Shown piece after piece: positions 54,533 to 63,714 of a stretch of DNA of 64,000 nucleotides. Origin of the DNA: an uncultured Actinomycetes bacterium (GTDB taxonomy: Bacteria > Actinomycetota > Thermoleophilia > UBA2241). The position numbers and the translations under genes were made by a program. The notes under the pieces are model-generated. The model did not search any database and was not told where the DNA came from. It saw nothing but the letters and a program-made list of their open reading frames with translations. Every line of letters begins with the position of its first letter. The stretch's first letter is position 1. Location: NCBI GenBank assembly GCA_963725665.1, contig CAVRZA010000011.1, positions 256,001 through 320,000 on the forward strand. The letters run 5' to 3'.

Positions 54533-55684
54533 TCAGGATGGCTGGTCGCACATCGGCAGGCCGAGTTCGGCGGCATTGACTATGCTCGGCGCCGCCTGCG
54601 GCGGCGCCGAGCCCAAGAAGGGCGTCACGTCGTCCCGGCCCCACACCGGCCAGCCCTGCAGGCAGGCGGCGATGTTGCTCGCCGCAAGAGTGGCCATGCC
54701 CTCGCGCGTCCAGCTCGTCGCCGAGCCGATGTGCGGCACGGCGACGACGTTGGGCAGCTCGGCAAGCCCCGGCGCGAGCTCGGGCTCGTGCTCGAATACG
54801 TCCAGGCCGGCGTAGAACCCCGGGTTCGCCCGGCAGTGGTCGACCAGCGCCGCCTCGTCGACGATCGGTCCGCGGCTCGCGTTGATGAGGATCGCTGTGG
54901 GCTTCATCAACGCGAGCCGCCGCGCGTCGATGAGGTGCACGGTCTCATCGCTGAGCACGGTGTGCAGGCTCACCACGTCGGCCGTGCGCAGCACCTCATC
55001 GGCACTCTCGGCCCGCCGGCAACGGACCGGCGCCTGCCCGTGACGGGCGAGGAAGGCGCCGTAGTCGGCGAGGTATCCTTCGAGGGTCTCGTTGCCGTGC
55101 GGGTCGAAGTAGACCAGGTCCATCTTGTGGCCCTCGACCATCATCCTCGCGTAAGCGGCGCCGATGCGCCCTGCGCCGATGACGCCCACGGTCTTGCGCC
55201 AGAGCAGCTCGCCCAGGAAGAGCGTCGGCAGCCAGCCCCTGAAGCGGCCGGCGGCGAGGTAGTCGTGGGCCTCGACGACGCGCCGCGCCGCGGCGAAGGT
55301 CAGGGCGACGGCGAGCTGCGCCGTCGTCGCCGTCAACACCCCGGGGGTATTGCCCACGGCTATGCCCCGACTCGTGGCCGCCGCCAGATCGACGTTGTTG
55401 TAGCCGACGGCGTAGTTGCTGTAGGCGTGACCGCCCGCCGACGCGAGCGCGTCGAAGGCGGCCGCGCCCCAGGGCTCCGTGAGCTGGCCGATGACCCCGT
55501 CGCAGCGCTCGCCGATCATCTCCACCAGCTCGTCGATGGTCATGGGCTCGGTCGAGAGGCACATGTCGACACGGCAGTCGGCGGCCACGAGGCGTTCGAA
55601 CCAGAGTCGCCCCGGGAGCTCCTGGGTGACGAAGACGCGCCGCGTCCCGGTGGGGTTCTCGATCCAGCACTCCTTGCCGCTCAA
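54533..55684 (-). CDS. Hydroxypyruvate reductase / D-glycerate dehydrogenase (plant HPR1-like)
   Basis: CDGVIGQLTE, AVGYNNVD, GNTPGVLT, GAGRIG.AYARMMVEG, SRGP, PHIGSA..WTREGMATLAA; TTG start after AGGAGGA. Confidence 0.9.
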   Translation of the reverse strand: MSGKECWIENPTGTRRVFVTQELPGRLWFERLVAADCRVDMCLSTEPMTIDELVEMIGERCDGVIGQLTEPWGAAAFDALASAGGHAYSNYAVGYNNVDLAAATSRGIAVGNTPGVLTATTAQLAVALTFAAARRVVEAHDYLAAGRFRGWLPTLFLGELLWRKTVGVIGAGRIGAAYARMMVEGHKMDLVYFDPHGNETLEGYLADYGAFLARHGQAPVRCRRAESADEVLRTADVVSLHTVLSDETVHLIDARRLALMKPTAILINASRGPIVDEAALVDHCRANPGFYAGLDVFEHEPELAPGLAELPNVVAVPHIGSATSWTREGMATLAASNIAACLQGWPVWGRDDVTPFLGSAPPQAAPSIVNAAELGLPMCDQPS

Positions 55685-55685
55685 A

Positions 55686-55897
55686 CGCCGCTCCTCCTGC
55701 CTGAAAGGCGAAAGGACAGGGTGAGCTCCCTCACCCTGTCCCAGTGTGCGGTCGCTTTCCGACGCTGGTCCGGGGGCCCGTCCCGTCGCGATCCTTGGGC
55801 CTGAGAGTTTCGGCGGCAGCACCGCCTTGCCCCTTCGGCGCCCGCCGCGCACAGACTCACCGCGGTGGGCTCTCGCGCGACGTTCAGTCGGGCGTCC
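55686..55897 (-). ncRNA. Glycine riboswitch (intact first aptamer, degenerate second aptamer)
   Basis: Minus strand: CTGAA..GCGAGAG..CGCCGAAGGGGCAA..AAACTCTCAGGC; second GGAAAG...CTTTCAGG; upstream of the GcvT/SHMT operon. Confidence 0.85.
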
Positions 55898-56003
55898 TTC
55901 GCTGCTTGCGGCGCCAATCTAGCAGCGCCCGCGTGAAGAGGTCAACCGCCGCCCTCAACCGCCGCCCTCAACCGCCGCCGGCTTCTGGTAGAATCTCGTC
56001 TCC

Positions 56004-57035
56004 GTGAGCCCCTCCCCCGACAACCCGGTGACCACCGAGCGCCGCCCGCGTGTCTTCTCGGGTATCCAGCCCAGCGGAGCGCTCCACCTGGGCAACCTGC
56101 TCGGGGCGATCCGCAACTTCGTCGCTATGCAGCAGACGCACGACTGCGTCTTCTGCGTTGTCGATCTGCACGCCATCACCGTGCGCCAGGAGCGCAAGGA
56201 GCTACGCCGGAGCACGCTCGAGGTGGCCAACACCTTCCTCGCCGCCGGCATCGACCCGCGGCGGTCGATCGTCATCGTGCAGTCACAGGTGCCGCAGCAC
56301 ACCGAGCTCGCCTGGATCCTCAACACAGTCGCCTACATGGGCGAGCTGCGGCGCATGACGCAGTTCAAGGACAAGACCGGCGGCGGGGAGAGCGAGAGCG
56401 TCGGCGTCGGGCTCTTCGACTACCCCGTCCTGATGGCGGCCGACATCCTCCTCTACCGGGCCGACGCCGTACCGGTGGGCGAGGACCAGAAGCAGCACGT
56501 CGAGCTCACGCGTGACCTGGCGGAGCGTTTCAACAACGCCTTCGGCAAGACGTTTGTCGTGCCGACTCCGATCATCCGCGAGGAGGGGGCCCGCGTGATG
56601 GCCCTCGACGACCCGACCAAGAAGATGAGCAAGAGCGCCGGCTCGGCCTACAACTACATCGCCCTCGACGACTCGCCCGACGACATCAGGCGCAAGATCA
56701 GGCGCGCCGTGACCGACTCAGGCACCGAGGTGCGCACGGGGCCCGACAAGCCGGCCCTCACCAACCTGTTGACCATCTACGCGCTGCTGGCCGGCGAGCC
56801 GGTGCCGGTCATCGCGGAGCGCTACGAAGGCAAGGGCTACGCCGACTTGAAGCAGGATCTGGCCGAGGTGGTGGTCGAGGTGCTGGCGCCGATCCAGGAA
56901 CGCATGCGCGCGCTCGAGGCCGATCCGAGCCAGACCCTCTCCGTGCTCAAGGACGGCGCCGAGCGCGCCGAAGCCATCGCCGAGCGGACGATGGCGAGGG
57001 TGCGCGAACGCGTCGGACTCTTGCCCAGGTTGTAG
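56004..57035 (+). CDS. trpS: Tryptophan-tRNA ligase
   Basis: SGIQPSG.LHLGN, YPVLMAADIL, VPVGEDQKQH, KMSKS. Confidence 0.97.
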   Translation: MSPSPDNPVTTERRPRVFSGIQPSGALHLGNLLGAIRNFVAMQQTHDCVFCVVDLHAITVRQERKELRRSTLEVANTFLAAGIDPRRSIVIVQSQVPQHTELAWILNTVAYMGELRRMTQFKDKTGGGESESVGVGLFDYPVLMAADILLYRADAVPVGEDQKQHVELTRDLAERFNNAFGKTFVVPTPIIREEGARVMALDDPTKKMSKSAGSAYNYIALDDSPDDIRRKIRRAVTDSGTEVRTGPDKPALTNLLTIYALLAGEPVPVIAERYEGKGYADLKQDLAEVVVEVLAPIQERMRALEADPSQTLSVLKDGAERAEAIAERTMARVRERVGLLPRL

Positions 57036-57185
57036 GACCGCGTCCCTCGCCTGGCTCCCGTCTCTGCCGCAGGTCCCCTTCTGCCATGGGGATCGTTCGT
57101 CCGCTTCACAGAGGAACGTCGCTAGGGCAGGCCGATGCGCCTGCCCGCAGCTAACCGCTCTCGGCCCCGAGTCGACGCGAGCGCC

Positions 57186-57557
57186 TCACTCCTCCGGGTG
57201 CTCGACCCACTCGTTGTCGACCGCCGGCGCGCCGACGGCGAGCCAGACGAGCTCGTCGTGACCGGCGTTGACGATCTGGCGCTTCTCCGCGGGGTCGAGG
57301 CGCACCAGGGTTCCCGCTGAGACGGGGTGACGCTCGCCGTTGACGACGAGCTCGCCGGTGCCCTCGAGGATGTAGAAGAGCTCCTCCTGGCGGCGGTGGG
57401 AGTGGTACTCCATCCTGTCGCCGGGGCGGAAGCGGAAGACGTTGGCGCGCATCTGATCGAGCCCGAGGGCGGCTGAGAGATCGTAGTAGGCGTAGCTGCC
57501 CTCGTCCGCCGCCGGTTCCATGTCGCTGAGGTTCACCATCACCCAGGGCTTACCCAT
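57186..57557 (-). CDS. Cupin domain protein
   Basis: H.H..QEE.FYILEG.G.L, AG..V..P...Q..N. Confidence 0.8.
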   Translation of the reverse strand: MGKPWVMVNLSDMEPAADEGSYAYYDLSAALGLDQMRANVFRFRPGDRMEYHSHRRQEELFYILEGTGELVVNGERHPVSAGTLVRLDPAEKRQIVNAGHDELVWLAVGAPAVDNEWVEHPEE

Positions 57558-57662
57558 GGTCACTCCTCCGGTCACTGTCGGCCGATGCCTCATATAGTAT
57601 TCCATCGCTCAACGCCCCAGACTGCCGGTAGAATCGTGCCGTACCAAGTGCCGGAGGAGAGC

Positions 57663-58301
57663 GTGATCTTTCGAGAGACCGTGGAGGAGTATCTGCGCGC
57701 CCTGCGGCCGCGAGTCGATCCCGTGCTCGAAGACATGGAGGCGTACGCGCGCGAGCATGGGGTGCCCATCGCCGGCCGCGAGACTGCGGCGCTCCTGGCG
57801 ATGCTGGCGCGAGCCAGCGGCGCGAGGCTGGTCCTCGAGGTCGGGGTGGCGATCGGCTACACGACGCTGCACCTCGCCCGGGCGCTGCCGGAGTTCGGCA
57901 AGGTCATCGCCCTCGAGGTCGACATGCACCTGGCGTCCGTGGCCAAGACCTACCTGGCCCGCGACCCCGCCGGGGCGCGCGTCGAGATCCTGCTCGGCGA
58001 TGCCCACGAGAGCATGCAGGCATTGAAGGAGACGTTCGATCTCGTCTTCATCGACGCCGACAAACACTCGTACGCGGCCTACGTCGACCTGGCGCTGCCC
58101 CGCCTCAAGCGCAGCGGTCTCGTCGTTCTCGACGACGTGCTCATGGACGGCCGTGTCGCCGATGGGGTGGGCGACGACCGCTGGAAGCAGGAGTCGGTCG
58201 ACGACATCCGCGCCCTCAACGAGCTCCTCGGCGCCGACGAGCGCTTCTCCTACTTGCTCCTGCCGGTCGGCGACGGCGTGGGCATCCTGCAGCGGCGCTA
58301 G
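57663..58301 (+). CDS. O-methyltransferase (family 3, YrrM/COMT-like)
   Basis: VLEVG.AIGY, FDLVFIDADK, LPVGDG; GGAGGAG SD. Confidence 0.88.
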   Translation: MIFRETVEEYLRALRPRVDPVLEDMEAYAREHGVPIAGRETAALLAMLARASGARLVLEVGVAIGYTTLHLARALPEFGKVIALEVDMHLASVAKTYLARDPAGARVEILLGDAHESMQALKETFDLVFIDADKHSYAAYVDLALPRLKRSGLVVLDDVLMDGRVADGVGDDRWKQESVDDIRALNELLGADERFSYLLLPVGDGVGILQRR

Positions 58302-58357
58302 CGGGCGCGGGCGGCGGCGGCCCCCCGGCCGCCGCCGCCCGCGCCCGCTAGCGCCGC
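58292..58357. repeat. Perfect 31-bp inverted repeat with 4-nt loop
   Basis: GCGGCGCTAGCGGGCGCGGGCGGCGGCGGCC-CCCC-GGCCGCCGCCGCCCGCGCCCGCTAGCGCCGC. Confidence 0.95.
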
Positions 58358-58619
58358 CCTGCCCTCAGGCGATCTGCGTCTCGAAGCGCCGAAGACCTTC
58401 AGGTCGCGCCTTCCGAGCTCGGCGATGAACGCGTCGCGCACCGCGCGCGGCAGGATATCCGGTGCGACGATGCCGAGCTCTGTGATGCGGCCTTGCACGG
58501 TGCTTCCGCAGCGGGCTTGGACGCCGCGGCGAAGGCATTTGCAGCCCGTCGACTCCCCGGGGATCCCGGTGCGTAGCGGGTAGACTACGAGAGCCCCGAC
58601 GCCGGTGAAGGAGGAGGCC

Positions 58620-58997
58620 GTGCACGAGCTGGGGATCACGCAGGGCGTCATCGACCGCGCGCGCGAGGCGGCGCACAAGGAGTCCGCCGCCCGGGTTCGT
58701 ACCCTCCACCTGGTCCTCACCCCTGCGGCCGACTTCAGCGCCGAGTCGATCGAGATGTACTTCGCCATGCTCACGGAGGGCGACCCGTTGTTCGAGGGGG
58801 CGGCTCTCGAGTTCGGTGTGGCCCCCGCCGGTGCCCTCTGCTTGGCCTGCGGTGACGAGTTCATGACGGAGGCGCCGCGGCCTCTGTGCTCGCAGTGCGG
58901 CTCGCCGCAGGTGCGCTTCGACCCGAAGGCGCCCATGGTCCAGCTCACGGCGATCGACGTCGACGACGCAGACGAGGCGGGCAGCGCCCAAGGGTAG
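58620..58997 (+). CDS. hypA: Hydrogenase maturation nickel metallochaperone HypA
   Basis: MHE N-terminus, CLAC and CSQC zinc motifs; GGAGGAGG SD. Confidence 0.8.
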   Translation: MHELGITQGVIDRAREAAHKESAARVRTLHLVLTPAADFSAESIEMYFAMLTEGDPLFEGAALEFGVAPAGALCLACGDEFMTEAPRPLCSQCGSPQVRFDPKAPMVQLTAIDVDDADEAGSAQG

Positions 58998-59111
58998 CCG
59001 GCGACGAGCCCGGCGGCGGCGCGCCTGCTGGCGCGGCCTGCCGGCGTCCGGTGCGGCCGAGACGGCCGGCACGCGGCGACGGCCGAACGCCGTTCTGGCC
59101 GAACGCCGTGC

Positions 59112-59657
59112 CTACTGTTGCAGGCGCCGGGAGCGCACCCGGCGGCGCCCGCGCCGCACAGAGCCTGCGTCCTTGGGCACCACGCTGATCGTCCCGTCGA
59201 CTTCGAGCACAGCCAGCTCGATCTCATCGATCTTGTCGAACCCGTGTTCGCGCAGCGCCATTTGCGCTTCGTCCTGGTCGATGCCCTCTCGTTCCATGAC
59301 ACGGGGGAACCACTGACCGTCCTTGGCGATCACGGTCGGGTGTCCCTCGAGAAACTCACGCGCGCGCCGGTTGTGCAGTCGCAGCCACGACAGGGCTATG
59401 TTCACGAGGAACAACGCGGCGACGATGACCAGTCCGCCGACCAGGGAGGTGTCCGGGCCGGTCATGGCCGGCTGCACGGCGTTGGCCGCGAGCAGGATGA
59501 GCACTAAGTCCGAGAGCGTGAACTGCCCGATCTCGCGCTTGCCGAACAGGCGCAGCGCGAGGATGAAGACGAGGTAGATGACGATCGTGCGCAGCACGAT
59601 CTGCCACCACGGCACGCCGAAGCTGAACGGGCTGAGCGCTATCGGGGGTGGCGTCAT
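59112..59657 (-). CDS. DUF421 (YetF/YcaP) membrane protein
   Basis: LRLFGKREIGQ.T..D, EG.PT.I..DG, LRE.G, AVLE.DG.ISV. Confidence 0.88.
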   Translation of the reverse strand: MTPPPIALSPFSFGVPWWQIVLRTIVIYLVFILALRLFGKREIGQFTLSDLVLILLAANAVQPAMTGPDTSLVGGLVIVAALFLVNIALSWLRLHNRRAREFLEGHPTVIAKDGQWFPRVMEREGIDQDEAQMALREHGFDKIDEIELAVLEVDGTISVVPKDAGSVRRGRRRVRSRRLQQ

Positions 59658-59773
59658 GGCCGAATGCTACCACCGGCGCACTCCGCAACTCTGGCAGGCG
59701 AGTGAGGATCGCGACCGGTCAGAGGGGCGAATGCGCCGGCCGGGCTCGCGGAGCTGTGTCACCGAGGGCGAGG

Positions 59774-59849
59774 TGGTGGAGCATAGCGGATTCGAACCGC
59801 TGACCTCCTGGGTGCGATCCAGGCGCTCTCCCAGCTGAGCTAATGCCCC
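59774..59849 (-). tRNA. tRNA-Ala (anticodon CGC)
   Basis: GGGGCATTAGCTCAGCTGGGAGAGCGCCTGGATCGCACCCAGGAGGTCAGCGGTTCGAATCCGCTATGCTCCACCA; G3-U70 pair, encoded CCA. Confidence 0.97.
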
Positions 59850-59953
59850 GATGACCGAGAAGTCCCCGCGGGGGGCTTCTCTTTATACCCGCTCAGGCAG
59901 CCCCCGGCAAGGTCAGGCGGCCGTCCTCGCGCTCTCGTTGGCGCGAGATCAGG

Positions 59954-61039
59954 TCACTGGGGGACCGGCGGTGGAGGCGGCGCCTGAGGCGGCGCGGGCG
60001 GTGAGGTCGGCCCAGCGGGAGGTGGCTCGGGCGCCGCCTCGCCGGGCTGTTCGCCGGGTGGCTTGGGCAGGGCCTCACCGGGCTCGCCGCCGGGCGCTGC
60101 CGGGGGCACCTGGCCCTCCGCGGGCGGCGCCTCCGGCAGCTCGGTCGTGCGTTCCTCGGCGGTGGCCTGGGAGTTGAAGCGGTCGTCGACCCACTGGTCG
60201 CCAGAGGCCGGCGCGGGCGGGAGCGGCGCGACCGGCGTTGCGGGCGGGAGCGGCGGTGGAGGCGGCGCGAGCGGAGCGCCCGCCGCCGGCCCCGCCGCTC
60301 CCGACTCGATCGTGTCGAGACTGAAGGGCGGATAGCGGTCGGTCAGGCCGTTGGAGTAGGCGCCGATCCGCGCCGCCCAGCCCATCCACTGCGCCACGAA
60401 CTTGTGCATGCCCTCGGGGAACCGGGCGACGAAGAGGATGACCCATTGGACGATGAACCAGATGATGCCCACCGCTATGCCGAGGATGGCCACGATGATC
60501 AGATGCGGGATGAGGAGGATCAGCCGGAAGATGGCCAGGGGGTTCTCGGCACCGGTACCGGACCAGCCGCCCGGATTCCGCCACGAAGTGCCGCTCGATG
60601 TCCCGTGATGGATGACGTAGCGGATGGAGAAGACGAAGACGACGATGCCGAGCACCACGAACACCAGGCTGAGAGCGGCGAGGACCTTGCTGCTGCTCTT
60701 CGGGTACTCGACCTCGACGTCGACAGGATAGTCGGGGTCGCTCTCCAGGCTGAACGGCGGGTAGCGGTCGGTCACGCTGAGGAAGAAGGCCTCGACTCGC
60801 GCGTACCAACGGATGTAGCCGGTCAGGAAGGCGAAGAGCCCCGGTGGAAACACGCCGCGCGACACCACGGCTATCTGCGCGATGACGAAAACGACGGCGG
60901 CGGCGATGCCCAGCGCGATGAGCACGATGCCGTGCGGGATGAGCGCGAGGAGCTTGATCAGAAGGATCGTGAGCACCGCCCAGCCGCGCGAGCTCCTCTC
61001 CGGGTACTCGATGCGCACCTTCACGGGGTAGTCGTCCAC
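59954..61039 (-). CDS. DUF4389 membrane protein (two repeats) with Pro/Ala-rich tail
   Basis: Twice IPH.I....G.FP.G...F..G..RW..RV.A....TDRYPPFSL. Confidence 0.85.
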   Translation of the reverse strand: MDDYPVKVRIEYPERSSRGWAVLTILLIKLLALIPHGIVLIALGIAAAVVFVIAQIAVVSRGVFPPGLFAFLTGYIRWYARVEAFFLSVTDRYPPFSLESDPDYPVDVEVEYPKSSSKVLAALSLVFVVLGIVVFVFSIRYVIHHGTSSGTSWRNPGGWSGTGAENPLAIFRLILLIPHLIIVAILGIAVGIIWFIVQWVILFVARFPEGMHKFVAQWMGWAARIGAYSNGLTDRYPPFSLDTIESGAAGPAAGAPLAPPPPPLPPATPVAPLPPAPASGDQWVDDRFNSQATAEERTTELPEAPPAEGQVPPAAPGGEPGEALPKPPGEQPGEAAPEPPPAGPTSPPAPPQAPPPPPVPQ

Positions 61040-61201
61040 GACCCTATCCTCCTCACGCGTTTCTCTGTCCCCTCGGCCTTGCCCGTACGGCGTCTGTTTC
61101 GACGCCGGGGCTCGCGGCCCTCGCAGCGGCGAGCCCGATTCCTCTCCAAGGCCTCGCGCGAGAGCCAGCGCCTCGCGGCCTATTCCCCGCCGTACACGGG
61201 C

Positions 61202-61912
61202 CTAACCGCGCAGATCAGTGTCCTCGGTGGTGAAGGGTGGGTAGGCGTCGGCGAGGCCGTAGAGCCACGCCCAGGTGCGCGCCATCCAGCGCAACCAGCC
61301 GGCCAAGAAGGCATGCAGGCCGAGGGGAAGGTACCCGCCGATCAGGATCAGCACCTGGCCGACCGCGAGCACGACGAGCGCAGCCAGGAGAAAGAAAGTG
61401 AGTACGACGTAGTGGGGCAGAAGCACGAAGAGGCGGACGTTCGAGAGCCAGTCGAGGGGCTGGAAGAGCGGTGTGCCGTAGCCGCCCCAGCCCAGGGGAA
61501 GCACCACGGCGAGCCAGAAGATGAGCGCGGCGACGGTGAAGCTCGCCAGCCACGGGTTGCTTCTCTGCGGGTAGACGACCTCCAGGTCGACCGGGTAGTT
61601 GGCAGCGGGCGCGAGGCTGAAGGGCGGGTAGAGGTCCGTGAGGCTGAACGCGAAGGCGTAGACGCGCGTCTGCCAGCGCAAGACGCCGGCCACGAAGTCG
61701 AAGAGCGGCCGCGGGTAGGTGCCCCGCGCGACGACGACTACCTGGGCGATGACGAAGGCGACGAGCACGGCCAGTCCCAGGAAGAACAAAGCCAGCGCGT
61801 GTGGGAGCAAGACGACGAACTTCACCAGGGTGATGGTGAGGACGGCCCAGATGCGCGAGCTGCGCGGGCTGTAGTCGATACGGACCCTTACGGGGTAATG
61901 CAGGCGAGCCAC
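61202..61912 (-). CDS. DUF4389 membrane protein (two repeats)
   Basis: LPH..L, G.YPRPLFDF..G..RW, TDLYPPFSL, DAYPPF. Confidence 0.85.
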   Translation of the reverse strand: MARLHYPVRVRIDYSPRSSRIWAVLTITLVKFVVLLPHALALFFLGLAVLVAFVIAQVVVVARGTYPRPLFDFVAGVLRWQTRVYAFAFSLTDLYPPFSLAPAANYPVDLEVVYPQRSNPWLASFTVAALIFWLAVVLPLGWGGYGTPLFQPLDWLSNVRLFVLLPHYVVLTFFLLAALVVLAVGQVLILIGGYLPLGLHAFLAGWLRWMARTWAWLYGLADAYPPFTTEDTDLRG

Positions 61913-62005
61913 TCAGCGCTCCTCTGACGACGATGCCCGCCTCACTTCGTCGCCGTCGCGCCCGAACCCTTGTGGGCGACCGCTCGCGCGGCGCCGGGAA
62001 GGTAT

Positions 62006-62179
62006 TCAGGCGATGAGGAACGAGCAGAGGTAGTCGCCGAGCTCGCGGTCGCTCACACCGATCTCGAGCGTCCCGAGAAGGCGGCACAGGGCTTCGTCGT
62101 CGCCGACGATCAACGCGCCAGCATCATGGTACTGCTCCGCGAACCGCTCGACGATCTGGTTCCGCTGCTTGCGGGTCAT
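62006..62179 (-). CDS. Small hypothetical protein (57 aa)
   Basis: MTRKQRNQIVERFAEQY...; strong SD AGGAGGAGG, GC3-biased codons. Confidence 0.55.
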   Translation of the reverse strand: MTRKQRNQIVERFAEQYHDAGALIVGDDEALCRLLGTLEIGVSDRELGDYLCSFLIA

Positions 62180-62349
62180 GGCCCTCCTCCTGATACCCCG
62201 TCTCCACTTCGAGTCATCGAAGGATGGGGCTGGGAAGGCGATAGAACGGCTGTCTAGAGACGGCTCTGTGGCCGCACAACGAGCGCTTCGAGCCGCGGCA
62301 AGACGATCGCTGCGCGCGCCGTCGCGCCGGGGACTTCGAGAGGTAGCGT

Positions 62350-63450
62350 CTAGGACCGGCCGCCCGTCGCCGGCCGCTGCAGGGCGATCCCGGCGATCAC
62401 CTCGAGCACGGCGCGGGCTGCGAGCTGGCTCAGGTGACCCTGCAGGTCGTAGCGCGGCGCAAGACAGCAGAGGTCGAAGCCGGCGACGTGGGCGCGCGAG
62501 AGCACGCGCAAGGCGCGCAGCAGCTCGCGCGCCGACAGCCCCGCGGGCTCGGGGTACTTCTGTCCGCCGTGGGCCGTGTCGACGACGTCGATGTCGAGCG
62601 AGATGTACAGGGCCTCGGTGCCTCGCGTAGCCGTCTCCAGCGCTTCCTGCGCCACGGTAGCCACGCCGAGCTCGTCTACGTCGCTCATCGTGTAGTAGTG
62701 GTAGCCGAGCTCGTCGGCCACGGCCCTGTCGGCAAGCGACTCGCGCAGCCCACGGATGCCGATCTGCACGAAGTTCTCCGGCTCGACTATGCCGAGCTCG
62801 AAGGCTCGCGCCCACTGCGAGCCGGCCCAGTACTTGGGCTCGAAGCTCATGTCGAAGTGCGAGTCGAGGGCGACGATGCCGAGCCTGCCGTTGAGCTTGC
62901 CCGCCAGCACCTGCAGCACGGGGACGGGGATGGAATGGTCGCCGCCGAGGACGAGGGGCACGGCGCCGGCGGCGACGACGTCGGCCAGCTTTGCGTGCGC
63001 GCGCAGGAACGTCTCCTCGACGTCGCCGGGCACGACGTCGACGTCGCCGTAGTCGACCACGCGCACGCGGTCGAGGATCACCAGGTCGCGGTCGGCCTCG
63101 GGCATGAGGCCTCGTCCGTGACGCAGCGACGCGAGCACGGAGTAGCGGCGGATCGCCTCCGGGCCCTGGTCGGCGCCGCTGCGGTAGTAGACGGAATCGT
63201 CGGGCGCCGGGGCGGCAAGCGGCGGCGCGTACGTGAGTGGGTCGAGCAGCTTGACGCCCTCGTAGGGGATGCCGAGCACGGCGACATCGGCGCGTTCGAG
63301 ATCGGCGGGGCCGGTGGCCCTCGGCGCTTCGGCGAACGTGGGGACGTCGCCGTGCAAGATGGGAGCCATGCTCCGCTCGACGCGTGCCTTCTGACGCCGC
63401 GCGCGCTGCGCGGCCCGTTCCCAGGCCGCCCTGACGTCGTTCACATCCAC
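62350..63450 (-). CDS. Agmatinase/ureohydrolase family protein
   Basis: GP.AIR, D.GD, GGDHS, LDSHFD, QIGIRG, SLDIDVVD; start at GTG 63450 (SD GAAGGAG) or ATG 63522. Confidence 0.88.
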   Translation of the reverse strand: MDVNDVRAAWERAAQRARRQKARVERSMAPILHGDVPTFAEAPRATGPADLERADVAVLGIPYEGVKLLDPLTYAPPLAAPAPDDSVYYRSGADQGPEAIRRYSVLASLRHGRGLMPEADRDLVILDRVRVVDYGDVDVVPGDVEETFLRAHAKLADVVAAGAVPLVLGGDHSIPVPVLQVLAGKLNGRLGIVALDSHFDMSFEPKYWAGSQWARAFELGIVEPENFVQIGIRGLRESLADRAVADELGYHYYTMSDVDELGVATVAQEALETATRGTEALYISLDIDVVDTAHGGQKYPEPAGLSARELLRALRVLSRAHVAGFDLCCLAPRYDLQGHLSQLAARAVLEVIAGIALQRPATGGRS

Positions 63451-63714
63451 GAACGCTCCTTCCTCAGTCTGGGCAGCCAGGACCGTCGCCCCACGGCCGC
63501 CGCCTTCCCACTCGTGAGCCATGGTCTGCGTCGCGCCGGGCCCGCGGTGTGCGCTCGAGGATGTGGGCAGCGACGACGGTCACGCGCAGGCGAGCCTTTG
63601 GGAGAGTGCGTGGTCGTGGCGATTATCCTTCTTTTTCGCGAGGCCAGCCACGCGGCGCATGACGCACCTTACCACCGTGGAGAGCTGCTGCAGCCTGGAG
63701 CGTCGGGCGCGAAC

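Noticed and set aside
59081-59109. Short direct repeat GGCCGAACGCCGT x2, considered as a CRISPR remnant
   Set aside because: Only two 13-nt copies 3 nt apart; no array or cas genes anywhere in the window.
59700-59849. tRNA-Ala as integration site of a mobile element
   Set aside because: No integrase and no duplicated tRNA 3' end seen in the window.
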